Positions 47,601 through 62,244 of a stretch of 64,000 nucleotides of DNA are shown here, piece after piece. The notes under the pieces are model-generated. The model made no database searches and had not been told where the DNA came from. It saw nothing but the letters and a program-made list of their open reading frames with translations. Both the position numbers and the translations under genes were made by a program. Position 1 is the stretch's first letter. Each line of letters starts with the position of its first letter. Source of the stretch: Gracilinanus agilis (Eukaryota); NCBI RefSeq assembly GCF_016433145.1, contig NC_058130.1:132977214-133041213 (forward strand), in the 5' to 3' direction.

Positions 47601-50600
47601 TCTTCCTTTTACAGCAAAGGAGAGTTCTTTAACGATTGTAGGGTAACAGGGATAGATGATTTCCAATTTACTTTTTATCTGGGGATTTTTAATTTTTCTC
47701 TTTCTAGTTTTTTTAAGTTGCATGCCCAATTCATTGACTTCTTCCCTCTCTGATTTGTTGATATATGCACTCAGGAATACAAATTTTCCTGAGTTCTGCT
47801 TTGGCTGCATAACAGGGACAAATGACCTGGCCCAGCTTCCACATTGAGGTCCTTCCACCCTGCCCACAGGTTCCCATATATAGTTCCCATTCACTTGTGT
47901 GATGTTGCCTTAATAATGGCAATGGGAGTGAAACAAGGGCACACCAAGACTCTGTGAGGGAAACCCAATTCAATGTAGTGAGGACCAAAGTTGGACTCCA
48001 AATATGCGTATACCCATATGTAAAACCAGTTCAAATGAAGTGTGCAGAATAGTCTTTACAACCTGAAGGGACCTAGCAAAGAAGACCATCTAGTACAGTT
48101 TTTAACGTGGGAGTGGTGGCAGAAGTAGGTGTCCATAAATTTTAAAAGATTTATCTTGATAACTGTATTTCAGTGTAAAATAATTTTCTTTGTAAATCCA
48201 TGGATTTTAAAAGCACGGATTCACCAGTCTACTAAAGGGATCTATGTCAAAAAAAAAAAAAGTTTTAAGAACCCTTGAACTGGTCCAACTCCCTTATTTT
48301 AGGGGTGAAGGAACTGAAAGACATCTATAGTGTCTCGCTCACAGAATAATTAGTAGAGTCAGAATTCAAATCCATACCCCCTGACTCAGAGGCTAGCACT
48401 TTCCTATAACATACATATACATATGTATGAAAAAAGCCCAAACTATATATTGGAGTGTGTATGTGCAAGGTCAAGTATAATGGGACAGAAATATATGTAT
48501 ATAACCAGCTTGGGCTTGGGCTCAGGGGTAAGAGGGATAAGGCTTCACTCACCGTGACGGGGGAATCCACCCTCTGTACATTGCTCTCCTCCACCAAGAT
48601 CTCTCTGAAGACACAAGGAGATGGTTGTCATATCAAGAACAGGCCCCAGAGCAGCAACCCCAACCTCTATTCACAGCCAGGTCTGACCTTGCTTTACTGG
48701 AAGCCTACAGAGCTGGCCTGGAAAGACTTCAGGGATCGATGAGAGAAGCAGAAAGGGACTGGCACCCCGATAGGACTCATGAGTGGAGTGGATCAGAAGA
48801 CTCTCATGCTCTCTGTCCCCTATAATCTATGTTGTATCATGACAGCAATATTCCCATAAAGCACAGTTCTGAAGATGTCACTAGTTCCTTGTTCAAAAAC
48901 CTATAATGGCTCAATTCAATTCAATTCAATTCAATACTTATTAAATACCCACTATGTTCAAGATACTGTGCTAGGTGGTGGGGATACATAAATGAAAACA
49001 AAACAGTACTTGCCCTCAAAGAGCTTACATTCTACTGGGGAGACAACACATATACATATACATATACATGTACATATACATAAATACAAAGCATACAAAA
49101 TAATGCAAAGTAATCAAAAGAGAGAGTAATGTAACTGGAGAAGGGGAGAGAATCAGGAAAGTCCTTTTGTAGGAGATAGCATCTGAGTCTTGAAGGAAGA
49201 TGGGGATATAAGAAGAGATGGAAAGGGCACCTGTAGTACACCTGTGGGTCACCACTGCCTAAAAGGTGTATCCAAACTCCTCAGCTTGGCATTCAAGGAC
49301 CCCCACACTCAGGCTCCACAGAATGTTAGTCTTGAATCACAGAGATCATCTAAGTTCAACTCCTCTTTACACACATGAGGAAAACAGAGTCTAGTCAATG
49401 AGGGATAAAGAGACTTGCCAGAAGTCACAAAGTCTGTGCTAGAGATGAAACTTAAGTGTTCGACTTCTGACATCAAAGCCTAGTCACTGTGCTTTCTGTA
49501 CTATGCCTGCTCCCTGATCATTTCCCAGTACACTACTCTACATAATACACTGGTCAAACTTGGGACCTGCTCAATTCCCCCAAACATTTTTTGTTTCCTA
49601 CCAATCTACTCCATCTTGCTTTCAAAGGCTACTTCCAATGCCATCTTTTCTCCATGACATCTTCCCATATAACTCCAGCCCAAGCTTGTCTGTCCTCTGA
49701 AATCCCACAGTACTTCTGAGTAGCACATTCAACCTTTTATTCTGTATATAAATATGCAACTACACAACTGTCCCTCAAGTTCTATGTTCATTTGTGGCAG
49801 GAAATGCCTTGGTTTTTTTTTCCTCTTTGTGAGAGTGGGTATAGGAAAAGCATTTCTCATAGAATCCTTTGATAAATAAAAGAAAAAAGTTGCTCTTGGT
49901 TTCTAGGGACCACTAATAAAAAACATAAGAAAAGAGCAAGAAAAACCTGAGAAGGAAAGTTAGTCTGGGTCTTGTAGAAGTAGGGAAGGAGTCAGGGCAG
50001 AAGTATAAGGATAACTTCTCTCAAGGTCAAGCACCAAACCATTATTCTCATGGAAACAATGGGGCCAAACACTGTCTCATTTGGTGCTATACAAAAGGTA
50101 AGACTAAATGTCAAATGGGTTTCAAATGAGTAAAAGTAGTAGGGCTTGTGCCCTGTAAATTCTTGAGGATCACTAGGGCCAATGATATCAGCACAGGCCT
50201 TTTTATAAGCATTCCATCCATTGGAATACCAGGACAGTACTTTCCAATTTGGCTGCTAGGTATCACAGATACCCAAGCAAAACAGAATTAAATTCTACAA
50301 GACAATGGACCTGACCTAACTAAACTTGTCCTACTTTGGGTGGGGGGAGGGGGGGAATGGGACAGGACATGACACAGGGGCCTTAAATGGATTTCTCCTT
50401 TAGTCCTGGTCAATAAGATAGGCCACAATAACTCTAACTCATACCCAGCTTTTTTTCCCCCCCACTAAACTCTACCTCCCTCAGACACCTCAATGTTCCT
50501 TCTACTATAGACCCATCTTGCCCTAATTGTTCAACAAAACTTTTACTGTTACTCTTCTGCTCAAGAACCTTCAACTATGTCCTATGATATCAAGCCTACT

Positions 50601-51243
50601 ATCTGGCTTTCAAGGTCGCCCATAATTAAGAGGCCCTCTCACTGTTGTTCCTTGTCCATCTGAAGTTTATTCTTACCATGGTGCTGTGCTATTGCTCACA
50701 TTGCCCTCTTACCTCTCAAATTCTATCTTTATCAGTTTCAGCCTGATGTTATGGCCCAGCCCAAGTCTCACATGTTCCAAGAAGCCCTGACTGATGTGAT
50801 GATGACCCTCTCTGATCTTCTCTTTGACCTCCTCAAGTAACTTCCATCCCAATACAAAACCTAGCATTAACCACACTTTACTGTGTAGTGTGGACAGTGC
50901 TGTTTTGTTTGTATTGCTTATCTCAGGAGATGAGGGGCTCACTTTCTAAGGGGTGGGGCTTTTTTATTTATTCCTCCCAGGACTGTGCCCTCAACAGGAT
51001 CTCCCTAATGATTTTTACTATCATACAGTTGCCAGGGGCAACCTGGCTACCCCCTCCGTAAGCATTAAGCTTTATTCCCACAATGGACACCCTCGGACCT
51101 AGCACGGGAACTGTTGTCTACCTCTCGAGAGTCCTGGGGGCTCACCTGGCCTTGGCGCACAGAGCTTTGACCTCGCTCTCCTTGATGAGCTCGCAGCGGC
51201 GCAGCTGCTCGATCTGCCGGTCCAGGTCACTGATCTCTGCCAT
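44658..51243 (-). CDS. PPP4C: Serine/threonine-protein phosphatase 4 catalytic subunit, 8 coding exons, 307 aa
   Basis: Exons (5'->3') 51243-51146, 48604-48553, 47409-47359, 46995-46894, 46615-46442, 46339-46213, 45117-44928, 44787-44658 (924 nt). Starts [17 protein letters not shown] motifs GDIHG, GDFVDRG, RGNHE, SAPNYC. C-terminal DYFL*. Confidence 0.98.
48911..48935. repeat. (TCAAT)n short tandem repeat at the head of an L2-like remnant (~48935-49240)
   Basis: Five TCAAT units followed by the L2-type tail atacttattaaatacccactatgttcaagatactgtgctagg. Confidence 0.7.
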
Positions 51244-51299
51244 GGTCCCCCCGCCTCACGCGGCCCCCCCGGTGCGGGGGGCGGGGGGGGGAGACGCAC

Positions 51300-52100
51300 C
51301 CAAGGGGTCCGAGCCCCTCCCTACTCCGCCCGCCCGCACGGGTGTCTCCTGGAAACAAGGGTGGGGAGAAGACAGTCAGCGGGTCAGACACACAATGTGG
51401 CTCGCGCCACCTCGCACTAGCCACGGGCTCCCCAATCCCAAGGCTCCCCAGATTTCACCTCCCTACTTCCCACCGCCCGTGGGCCCTGGGCCCGGCCTGC
51501 CGCCAGGAATCTCCTGGAGGCCGGGGGTGGGGGTGGGGGGAACCCCAGCACGGCTGGGCCCAAGGGATAGCTGGAAGAGCGGGGACGGTAGCCCACGGGG
51601 GAGGGAAGGCTCCTGAGATTATTACCGACGCGGCGGCTCCTCGACCCCACTCTCGAGCCGCGGGCTCTGGGATCCACCTTTGAGCCTCCGTCCGCTCCCG
51701 GCCGCCGCCGCTGCCGCTACTTCCGGCCCCGCCGCGGAAGCCAAAGGAGACCACTTCCGTCGCGCAGCGGAAGTAGCGTCAGAGGTTCGACGCCCCACCC
51801 CTCCAATCTTCAGAAAAAAGAGGGCGGGAAAAAAAAAATCGGGCAAAGGAGCCGGATGTTGTCTTTGAGGGCGGAAGTAATCTCTAAAGTGCCAGTGTGA
51901 GGAGGGGCTTGGAATGCAAGTACTAGTTTAGGGCACGCCCAGAGTCCTGAGCTTTTCGCCCCTCCCCGAAGGTGCTACCAAGGATCTCTCCCTGGGGAAA
52001 AGCAGATTTTATTATTATTGTTTTAGGTAACAGTGCAGTTGTACGATGCGTGTTAGACGGGTGAGAAAAGGGGGTGCCTCAGAAAGCGGAAGTGATTTGT
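51300..52100 (-). promoter_or_regulatory. PPP4C: PPP4C CpG-island promoter and non-coding exon 1
   Basis: Donor AAG|GTGGAT at 51678/51677. Exon 2 acceptor at 51349. Multiple (C/G)CGGAAGT ETS/GABP motifs (51719-51726, ~51753, ~51767, ~51871, ~52085). Confidence 0.7.
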
Positions 52101-54947
52101 CCAAAGTCACAGCTAATTAGTGGTAGACCTTGGACTGAAAGCCAGAGCTCTAAGCGTGGCTGCTTTGCTTCTCTGGAATCCCGTCCAGTCTAGTTGATTT
52201 AGGGATGTGGGCGGGAAAATAGCATGATAGGTCTCTTGGCCCATCTTCTTAGACCTTCGGGTGGTCTAGAGCTCCGACTTCTTTGCTTTCTTGCCCCCAG
52301 GTTTTCACAGATCTGCCCTAGCCATTCTTTATCCTTTCAGCTTTGACATTTTTTCTTTCTCTCATTCAAGAAATACTGCAATGCTTCTATCAAAATCGTT
52401 CTAATCTTTTCAGGATGATCCCATTGGTCTTCCCTGAAACCAATAGCATTTTTCCTTATTGTTCAGTAGTTTTTCAGTCGTATACGACTCCATTACCCTA
52501 TTTGGAGTTTTCTTGGCAAGGGTAACTGGTTTGCAATTTCCTTCTCCAGCTCGTTTTCTTTTTTAACGGATTAGTAATTGAGGCAGAGTTAAGTGACTCA
52601 CTCAGGGTCACACATCCAGCAAGTGTCCAAGGCCAGATTTGAACTCAAATAGTTAAGTCTGATTCTAGGCCAGGCACTATCTACACCTTTTTTATGTCAT
52701 TTGCTAATGAACTAATGTAACAGCAATTAATATTTTACCATGTTTTTGTCCTTACAATGAGAAACTGAGGCAGGCTGTACAATGCGATTTCCATTGTACA
52801 GGTTTGAAAACCAAGGTTCAGAAAGCTTTAAATGATTTTCCTGGTCATAAAACTCATGGGTCAGCAAAAACATCTGGTAGTCCCAATTCCTATCTCCTTG
52901 AACCCCACCCCACCCCCAGTCTAAATTCTTGTTACACAGCCCAGTTACTTATATAACTTCCCCACTTAACTGTAAACCTTTTGTTCATCTTTACTATAGT
53001 GCTGGCATAAGGACTTGAATGGAAAAACCCTACTTTGAGACTAGAGGCCTGAACTCTACTTACTACTCCTTCCTGGAACTTGGCCAAACTTTCCCTCCCT
53101 GGGCCCCAAAGCAGAATTAAACTACTGTGATTTTATCATGTGGTCCAAATCCTGCCGGATCGGGAATTCCTTGTAAAAAATTCATGACAAATGTCAGCCT
53201 TCATCAGATTTTCAAATGCTAACGGAAACCACTACACTTCAGGAGACAGTCTCTTAAGGAAGAGTTAAGTGACTTGCCCAAAGTCAACATAGCTACTATG
53301 AGGCCAGATTTGGATGCAAGAAATCTTCCTGACTTCCCAATTCCCTACTTTTTAATAGTTTTAGTTAAAAAAAAAAGTTAAAGCTATAGTTATCAAAACT
53401 TCCACTACCCCTATTTCTGCCCTTGGAACCTCTTCTCTTTGAATTAAATATAGTTCAATTGATTTCAATTTCTAGTCTCACCACTTGCTTACTCAGTTGG
53501 TCTTTTATTAGTCTACCAGGTTGTGAGGCTCAAAACAGTATTCCAAATGTGTTGACATATTATAGATGTTGGTGAATGTGATTCTGAAAATTCTGTCAAG
53601 CCTAATAAAAACAAATGTTTACCTACAAATATGCAGACTTAAATTTGGCAAAAATAAACTTAAAAAAAATTTATCATGGAGCTTTTTTCTCGGATTCTAG
53701 GCAGAATGACAATGGATTTGTTACCAAAAAAAAAAAAATCATAGGAGGTAGGTTTTATAAGGACTGGAACAGGATCAACTTTAAAATGTGGGGGAAATGA
53801 GCTATTATTTTATAAATCAGGAAATCCTCTATACAGCATTTTAAGAAATGAATATCCTATCATAGTGCTAAAAGCCAAAGTGACAAACTCCAGTGTCACC
53901 TCTGTAAAATGAAGGGATTAGTCCAAGTGTTCTCCATAGTCTCTTCCAGAGAAGTCTATTCTGCAAAAGCCTTATTACTCAAGATCAGATAGATAGCAAG
54001 TGGCAAAGCCACTTCTTACAAATCTTTTTGTACTTTTTTTCTACCACATCAAATTGCCGCTTTTTCCATCCATTGGCAGAGAAGCTGATAGCAGCTCTCT
54101 CCTATTCACATGACCACTAATGTAGGAGGAAAAGGGTGGAAACTGGCTCAAAGATGTTTGGGAGCAAGTAACTGTTAAGAGAAAATTAACAAGAATTCTA
54201 CTATGGCAATCTGGAGGAATGAAAGGGGCAGACATCTGCCATCTAATTTGAGATGTTCCAAGTATGAACCTTGTTCACTTTGACATGGTTCCAAAATTCC
54301 CTGGTAATCTCATCTACCAGTATAAATCATGGTTATTGGGGGAAAACTCAAACATTATGGGGATATCTAAGGGCAGTGATTGGGAATACCTTTTGATGGG
54401 GGTGGGGGTGGGGGTGGAGAGAAGCTGAAAAAACTTTAGGATATATATCACCAACAAGTGACTTCTGGGGAGATCCATTATATTTATGCCCAAGGCAGTG
54501 CTGAGAACAAATCAGAATGTTTAGGAACAGCTCTCAGGTAGACAATAAATCCTTGAGAGCCCCCAAAACAGCAGTTCTCTCATGTGTGAGCCATATATCC
54601 AATATTCCCCCTTGTTTTGAGGGGGAAGGCTGACAAAATGAGTACTTACATGTATATACAAGCTTGGGGAGATTATATATAGTCTGACTTTTCCTCTTCT
54701 CAGCTAATTTAGAGTTTGTATTTGAACTATTAAAAACAGCCATTTTCTATTTACAACCCTCTTTCCCACCCCGCCTTCAGGGAGGTGAACCAAAATGAAT
54801 GACTTTCTTGTTGTTCAGGGCAGAGATTGGTTCCCCTTGCTCAGATAAGGCAACACACATCTATAAAAACTCAAGCAACCCATCAAAAGGAAACCATTAA
54901 ACTACCCCAGCCCCATCACAGGCATTAGACTCCTTGTTAAATAGTTG

Positions 54948-54953
54948 TTTATT
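54948..54953 (-). terminator. ALDOA: ALDOA polyadenylation signal
   Basis: TTTATT on + (AATAAA on -) ~170 nt past the stop. Confidence 0.75.
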
Positions 54954-55121
54954 GGAAAAAGTGGGCCGAGGAGGGGTCACTAGATTCACCACAGAGCAAC
55001 AACACCACACAAGTTAGGAGTGATGGGAGAGGTCAGCACAAAGCTCTGGGATCTCAGCCTCTTCCTGGACTGTGAGGGATGGCCTGGAGTGTTAGGGCAT
55101 ACCCAGATGGAAGGCCTTGAC

Positions 55122-58053
<2,932 letters not shown>

Positions 58054-59249
58054 GTTTTTTCTTTAGCTGTACTGGTAGTTTCCTGCGTGAAGATAAAGTA
58101 TAAGCTAGATCTTTCTGTAGTCATGGCATAAGTTTGTGTAATTCAAGGTCAGATCATTCTTGCTACCCAACTTCTCTTTCCCCCTAGTCCATGTATTTCT
58201 ATTTGGACTTCCCCATTTCTAAACTTCTCTCTACCTTTCCTAAATCTAGGGTGGAGACCTAAGACCAGGGTGTGGTTGCTAGAGCAGAAAACAAGAACTG
58301 ATTAGTCCAGAAAACAATGAAAAGGCCAGGAAAAATAGCCTGGGCCCCTCTAGCACATTCTTTGTCAGCTAGAAGGTCACCTTGCTTATATACCTAAACC
58401 GGACCAATTAAATATCTTCTCCAATCTTCTCATTTGTAAAGAAGCAGACTCAGGTTAAAAAAAACAACCCTACCCTAGATAAAACAGAAAAAGGTATTTG
58501 ATAGCAAAGGTTAGTCACCATCAAGCAGACAAATTCAAATTTCCAGATCTAGAACAGTTTTCCTAAACTCCTGGTCTGTTTTCTTCCTTTATATCCCATT
58601 TCCTCAGTATGTCCCTCAAGGACATTTCAAGGTCAGGCTGCTCTCCCCTAACTGCTTGGGGGAAACTTCCACATAATGCGCAGATGGTGATAAGAAGCAT
58701 TAGGCCTATGATCCCTATGAAGGGCAAGAATTCAGCCCTCCATTTTAGGAGCTTTTTTTGGAAGACATTTCTGCCTTCCATCATTCCCAGTCAGCTGACT
58801 CCTACAGGAGCTAAGAAGTGGGAAAGCAGGAAGATAGACACGTTCCGGGAGGAGGATCCCAGGCTGTTTCCCTCTAGAATGCTCCCTTCCCTTATTCCAA
58901 CCACAGCTGCAGGCTGGGTGGTTCAAGGTCACTCCGATAAGAAAAACTATAGGATCAAAAGGAAGGCATTTATGGGAGCCGATAGCAAACCTCGAAGGGA
59001 ATTCCCCTTCAGACAGGTTTCCCTCCACCCACCTCCTACATTTTCCGAAGAGAGTTATTGCCCGGGCATACCAGGGAAACATATCCATGCCCATAGTTGT
59101 GTCCCTTCGCATCCCACCCCTGCCATGGAGGGGGGTGGGCGCCCTCCTCCCACCAGCAGCTCGGGCTGGGCTCTAGAACCCCCCCTCCCCCACTATCCCC
59201 CACCCTTGCGGAGAGCTGCTCTCGGGCGCGCCTTCCCCCGCATGACTCA

Positions 59250-59900
59250 GCCTTCCTCCTCGGCTGTCGCATTGCGCAGAAAGCAGGACTGCAGGCTGGG
59301 GTTTAGACGGGAAGCGGGGTGAGGGGACCAGCGACCTGCCCATTCCCAGCACCGCACTTCGTCCGAGGGGCAGCACGGGCTGGGGCACGCGCGCGGGGTC
59401 CTGTCGGGCGCTCCTCCTTGCCTCCGAGCCCGAGCTCTCCCAGCCCCAGTAGCCACGCTCACCTGGCCTCAGAGGTGAACTGCCGGTCTTGATGGTGAGT
59501 TTACCGGCAGGAAGAAGACCACTTATGGTCGGGAGCCGAACTTCTGCGCTTTCCGAATGCGAACGTTGCCTATTGAGCTCAGGAGGGGGCGGAGCGAAGG
59601 CGGAGTCTGACCATTTAAAGAGACCGCGCCACCTCCGGGGGGGGAGCTGGGGTGGAGTGGAGGGGGTGGAGAAAGCTATTTTCACCCAATCAGCGAGCGA
59701 GGATGCTAAAGTCGGGGGAGAGCCTTTGACCATAGGCAGCAGGGGCTCAAAAAAAAGGGAGGGGGAGAATCGTCGGCTCCGGCTCCGGCCCCACCTTCGG
59801 ACGTGACTGGAACCACATCCCTCCGGTCGGACCCCCCCTCCCCCAAAGCAGCTGCTCCCACCCCAGTTTAAGACCGCGTGACTCAGCCCCTATTTTGGTG
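59250..59900 (-). promoter_or_regulatory. ALDOA: ALDOA ubiquitous (H-type) CpG-island promoter and non-coding exon
   Basis: Donor CAG|GTGAGC at 59463/59462. TTTAAA at 59614-59619, CCAAT at 59686-59690, RCGTG at 59801-59805. Three-promoter ALDOA architecture is established in eutherians. Confidence 0.65.
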
Positions 59901-60764
59901 TAGGACGAGGGGTTAGAAGATGGGGGAAGAGTGTATAAGCAACAGACAGGAAAAAAATGGATTAATATGGAAAGGTGATGGGGAGACTCCAGGAAAACGA
60001 GAAGCAAGTAGGCTGTAGGGGAGAGGAGGAAACTATGGATAGGGGTGATTTAACCAAGCATTATTTCCTTGGGATTTTCCCCTCCCGGATCCATTCTGTA
60101 GGACAGAAACTGCCTGGAGAAGTGCCCTGACTTGTCCCCACCACTATGCCCATCCAGTTTCCTCTCCTCTGCATATTGCTACCTACAATAATAACCCTTT
60201 CAAACAATCTGGATCTCCCCCCAAGCTCCGGTCTTTCTTAAAGCTCAGCTCAAGCCCCCTCCCCGCCACCTGCCCCCCAGGTTCTTTACAATCTTTACAA
60301 TCCTCCAGCTAGCCAGGTGACCGCGCCCAGTCTTGCCGCGGCCAGCAGCAACAGGCCTCTACTGGCTAGAATGCGGAAACCTTCGGCTCTAGCCTGAGGT
60401 TCGGTGGCCCCAAGCCCCAAAGCATTAGGTAAACCGCAAGGCAGGTCCAAGGCCGGCGGGAAGGGGAAGAGGAAGGTCATTTTGTCCTTTGGATAACACC
60501 CACATTCCTTTCCCAAATACTGCACCATCTGCCTGCCAATCCAGTTTCCAAATAATATGTCCCCTTTGCTTCAGAATCTAGATTTCCCTAACTGATATTT
60601 TATATCTTTCTCACTTTACACATTTCCCTTACTCTTCTTATTAACCACTTTCTGCTCACCAGGTCTCATTTTTTACACCCTTTCGTTATTTTCTCCAGCC
60701 CAAGAATCCTGCCCATCCCCCAGCCCTTTTTTATCTGCTCAGCTATCCCCCACATGATACTCGC

Positions 60765-60944
60765 CTGAAAGGAGTCTGGAGGGTTAGACTCAGGCCTAGG
60801 CAGTGAGTGGTCAGGCAGAGCCTGGTTGGGATTATATAGTACTAGCCCCCCTCCTCTTGGAATTTTCCCGACCTTCTCTTGTGACCCCTGCCCTTTCCCC
60901 ACCCTTGCTATTCTGGCAGAGAACTATTTTTAGGGGAAACCTGA
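60765..60944 (-). promoter_or_regulatory. ALDOA: ALDOA muscle-type promoter and ~40-nt non-coding exon
   Basis: MEF3 TCAGGTTTC at 60936-60944, MEF2 CTATTTTTAG at 60924-60933, TATATAA at 60832-60838, donor CAG|GCGAGT at 60765/60764. Confidence 0.7.
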
Positions 60945-61389
60945 AGCCCCTGACATTCAAGCCAGGATGGGGCTTGCCACAGGGGAGGAAAGAAATTAGA
61001 GGAGGGGGAGTGACCAAGGGAAAAGCTTCTGCTAGGAAAAGAGAAGGAGCCAGTTGACAGAGCTAAAGCAGGCTGAGAAGAGAGGCATATGTAACCAATT
61101 CCCACTCACCAGCAGTTCTGAGGTGCCATCCTTTTCTATGGAAATCAGTCTTGCTGTTCTGCCTGCCAAAGGAGATACAGAGCTGAAATCTCAAGGATAG
61201 GAGACTAGAAACTAATAGGTGTTAACTCTCTCTCCCTTCTCCCAACCTTAGGCTTCTCCTAAGAGAAAATATCTCTGGTCCTTAATAGTGTCAGATATAG
61301 GTACCTATTTCAAGGCTGGGTACACCTATCTCTTGAAAGAATGGGGAGTGGACAAGTGGAGGGGGATAAGCCCCCATCTATTAAGTTAC

Positions 61390-61585
61390 CCTGAGGCAGC
61401 TAGATGGGTCAGAAGATAGAGTGCTGGGCCTAAAGTCAGGAAGACCCGAGTATGTGTAGACCCCAGACAAGCCATTTAACCTGTTTGCCTTGATCCACTG
61501 GAGAAAGGTATAGCAAGCCACTCCAGTATTTTTGCCAATAAAATCCCATGAACAGTATGGTCAGACATGACTGAACAACAAAAGT
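61390..61585 (+). mobile_element. Mar1-like SINE with RTE/BovB-type 3' tail
   Basis: CORE-SINE head plus tail ccactccagtatttttgcc...cccatgaacag...gtcagacatgactgaacaacaa. Confidence 0.75.
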
Positions 61586-62008
61586 CACCCTGAAATCCCA
61601 ACAACTGACCCAGGACCAAACTCTGCCTTGAATTCAACCTCTTCTGAGGAGAAATGAATGCTATCAACCCTAACTTGAGCCATATCCTTCCCTCCTGTCT
61701 ACAAGTGGGGGTAGAGGTGAGGCAGAAAGCAAGAAGTTACCCCACATGAGAACTATCCTGTCCTGGGTTTCCTCCAAGGTGCTGAATGCTTCTAGGGGTA
61801 ACTACTCTCTGCATTTCCCTAGGAGAGCCTGGTTCTTCTATGCTTAGGTCCAATGAAGACAAAAGGATGAGCCAGTCCTTGGGGGCAGGTGGCAAGCCAT
61901 TTTGAGTTCCCCTGGGATGGTGGTCCAGTTTCTAGGAAATGCTTCTGGGTTCTTGGAGTAGGCAGGTCCTCCAGAAGGCAGTGTTCCAATATCTTGAGCA
62001 AATGACTC

Positions 62009-62122
62009 TCATCTGAGCTTGATTTCAAAACAAAGGCAATTGAGGCTTTGGCACTCAGGAAGCTGGCAGGCACAGGCACAGTCACACAATGGACAGCATC
62101 TGGGGCACTGGGGAGCCCAACC
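62009..62122 (-). CDS. Terminal coding exon of an uncharacterised cysteine-rich small protein upstream of ALDOA (partial; earlier exons lie beyond the window). Probable orthologue of human LOC112694756
   Basis: Strong acceptor tttctctcttctccttcag at 62123, then 37 codons GWAPQCPRCCPLCDCACACQLPECQSLNCLCFEIKLR and TGA. 10 Cys. Orthology is recalled from the human locus and not aligned here. Confidence 0.8.
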   Translation of the reverse strand, partial: GWAPQCPRCCPLCDCACACQLPECQSLNCLCFEIKLR

Positions 62123-62244
62123 CTGAAGGAGAAGAGAGAAAGATGAAATAGGGTGTCCATGGTGAAAGGAAAGAGGATAAAGGGTGATGAAAGTTCAGAG
62201 GGAAGAAGTTCCTAGGAAGCAAAGTATGAAAATAGCTCCCTCAG

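Noticed and set aside
58609-59322. 237-aa plus-strand ORF, the longest in the track
   Set aside because: Antisense to the ALDOA 5' intron/CpG island, low-complexity, with no recognisable domain. Long ORFs are common in GC-rich DNA.
61819-62160. 113-aa minus-strand ORF (MDTLFHLSL...)
   Set aside because: It starts inside a polypyrimidine tract and is a shifted frame of the real Cys-rich exon.
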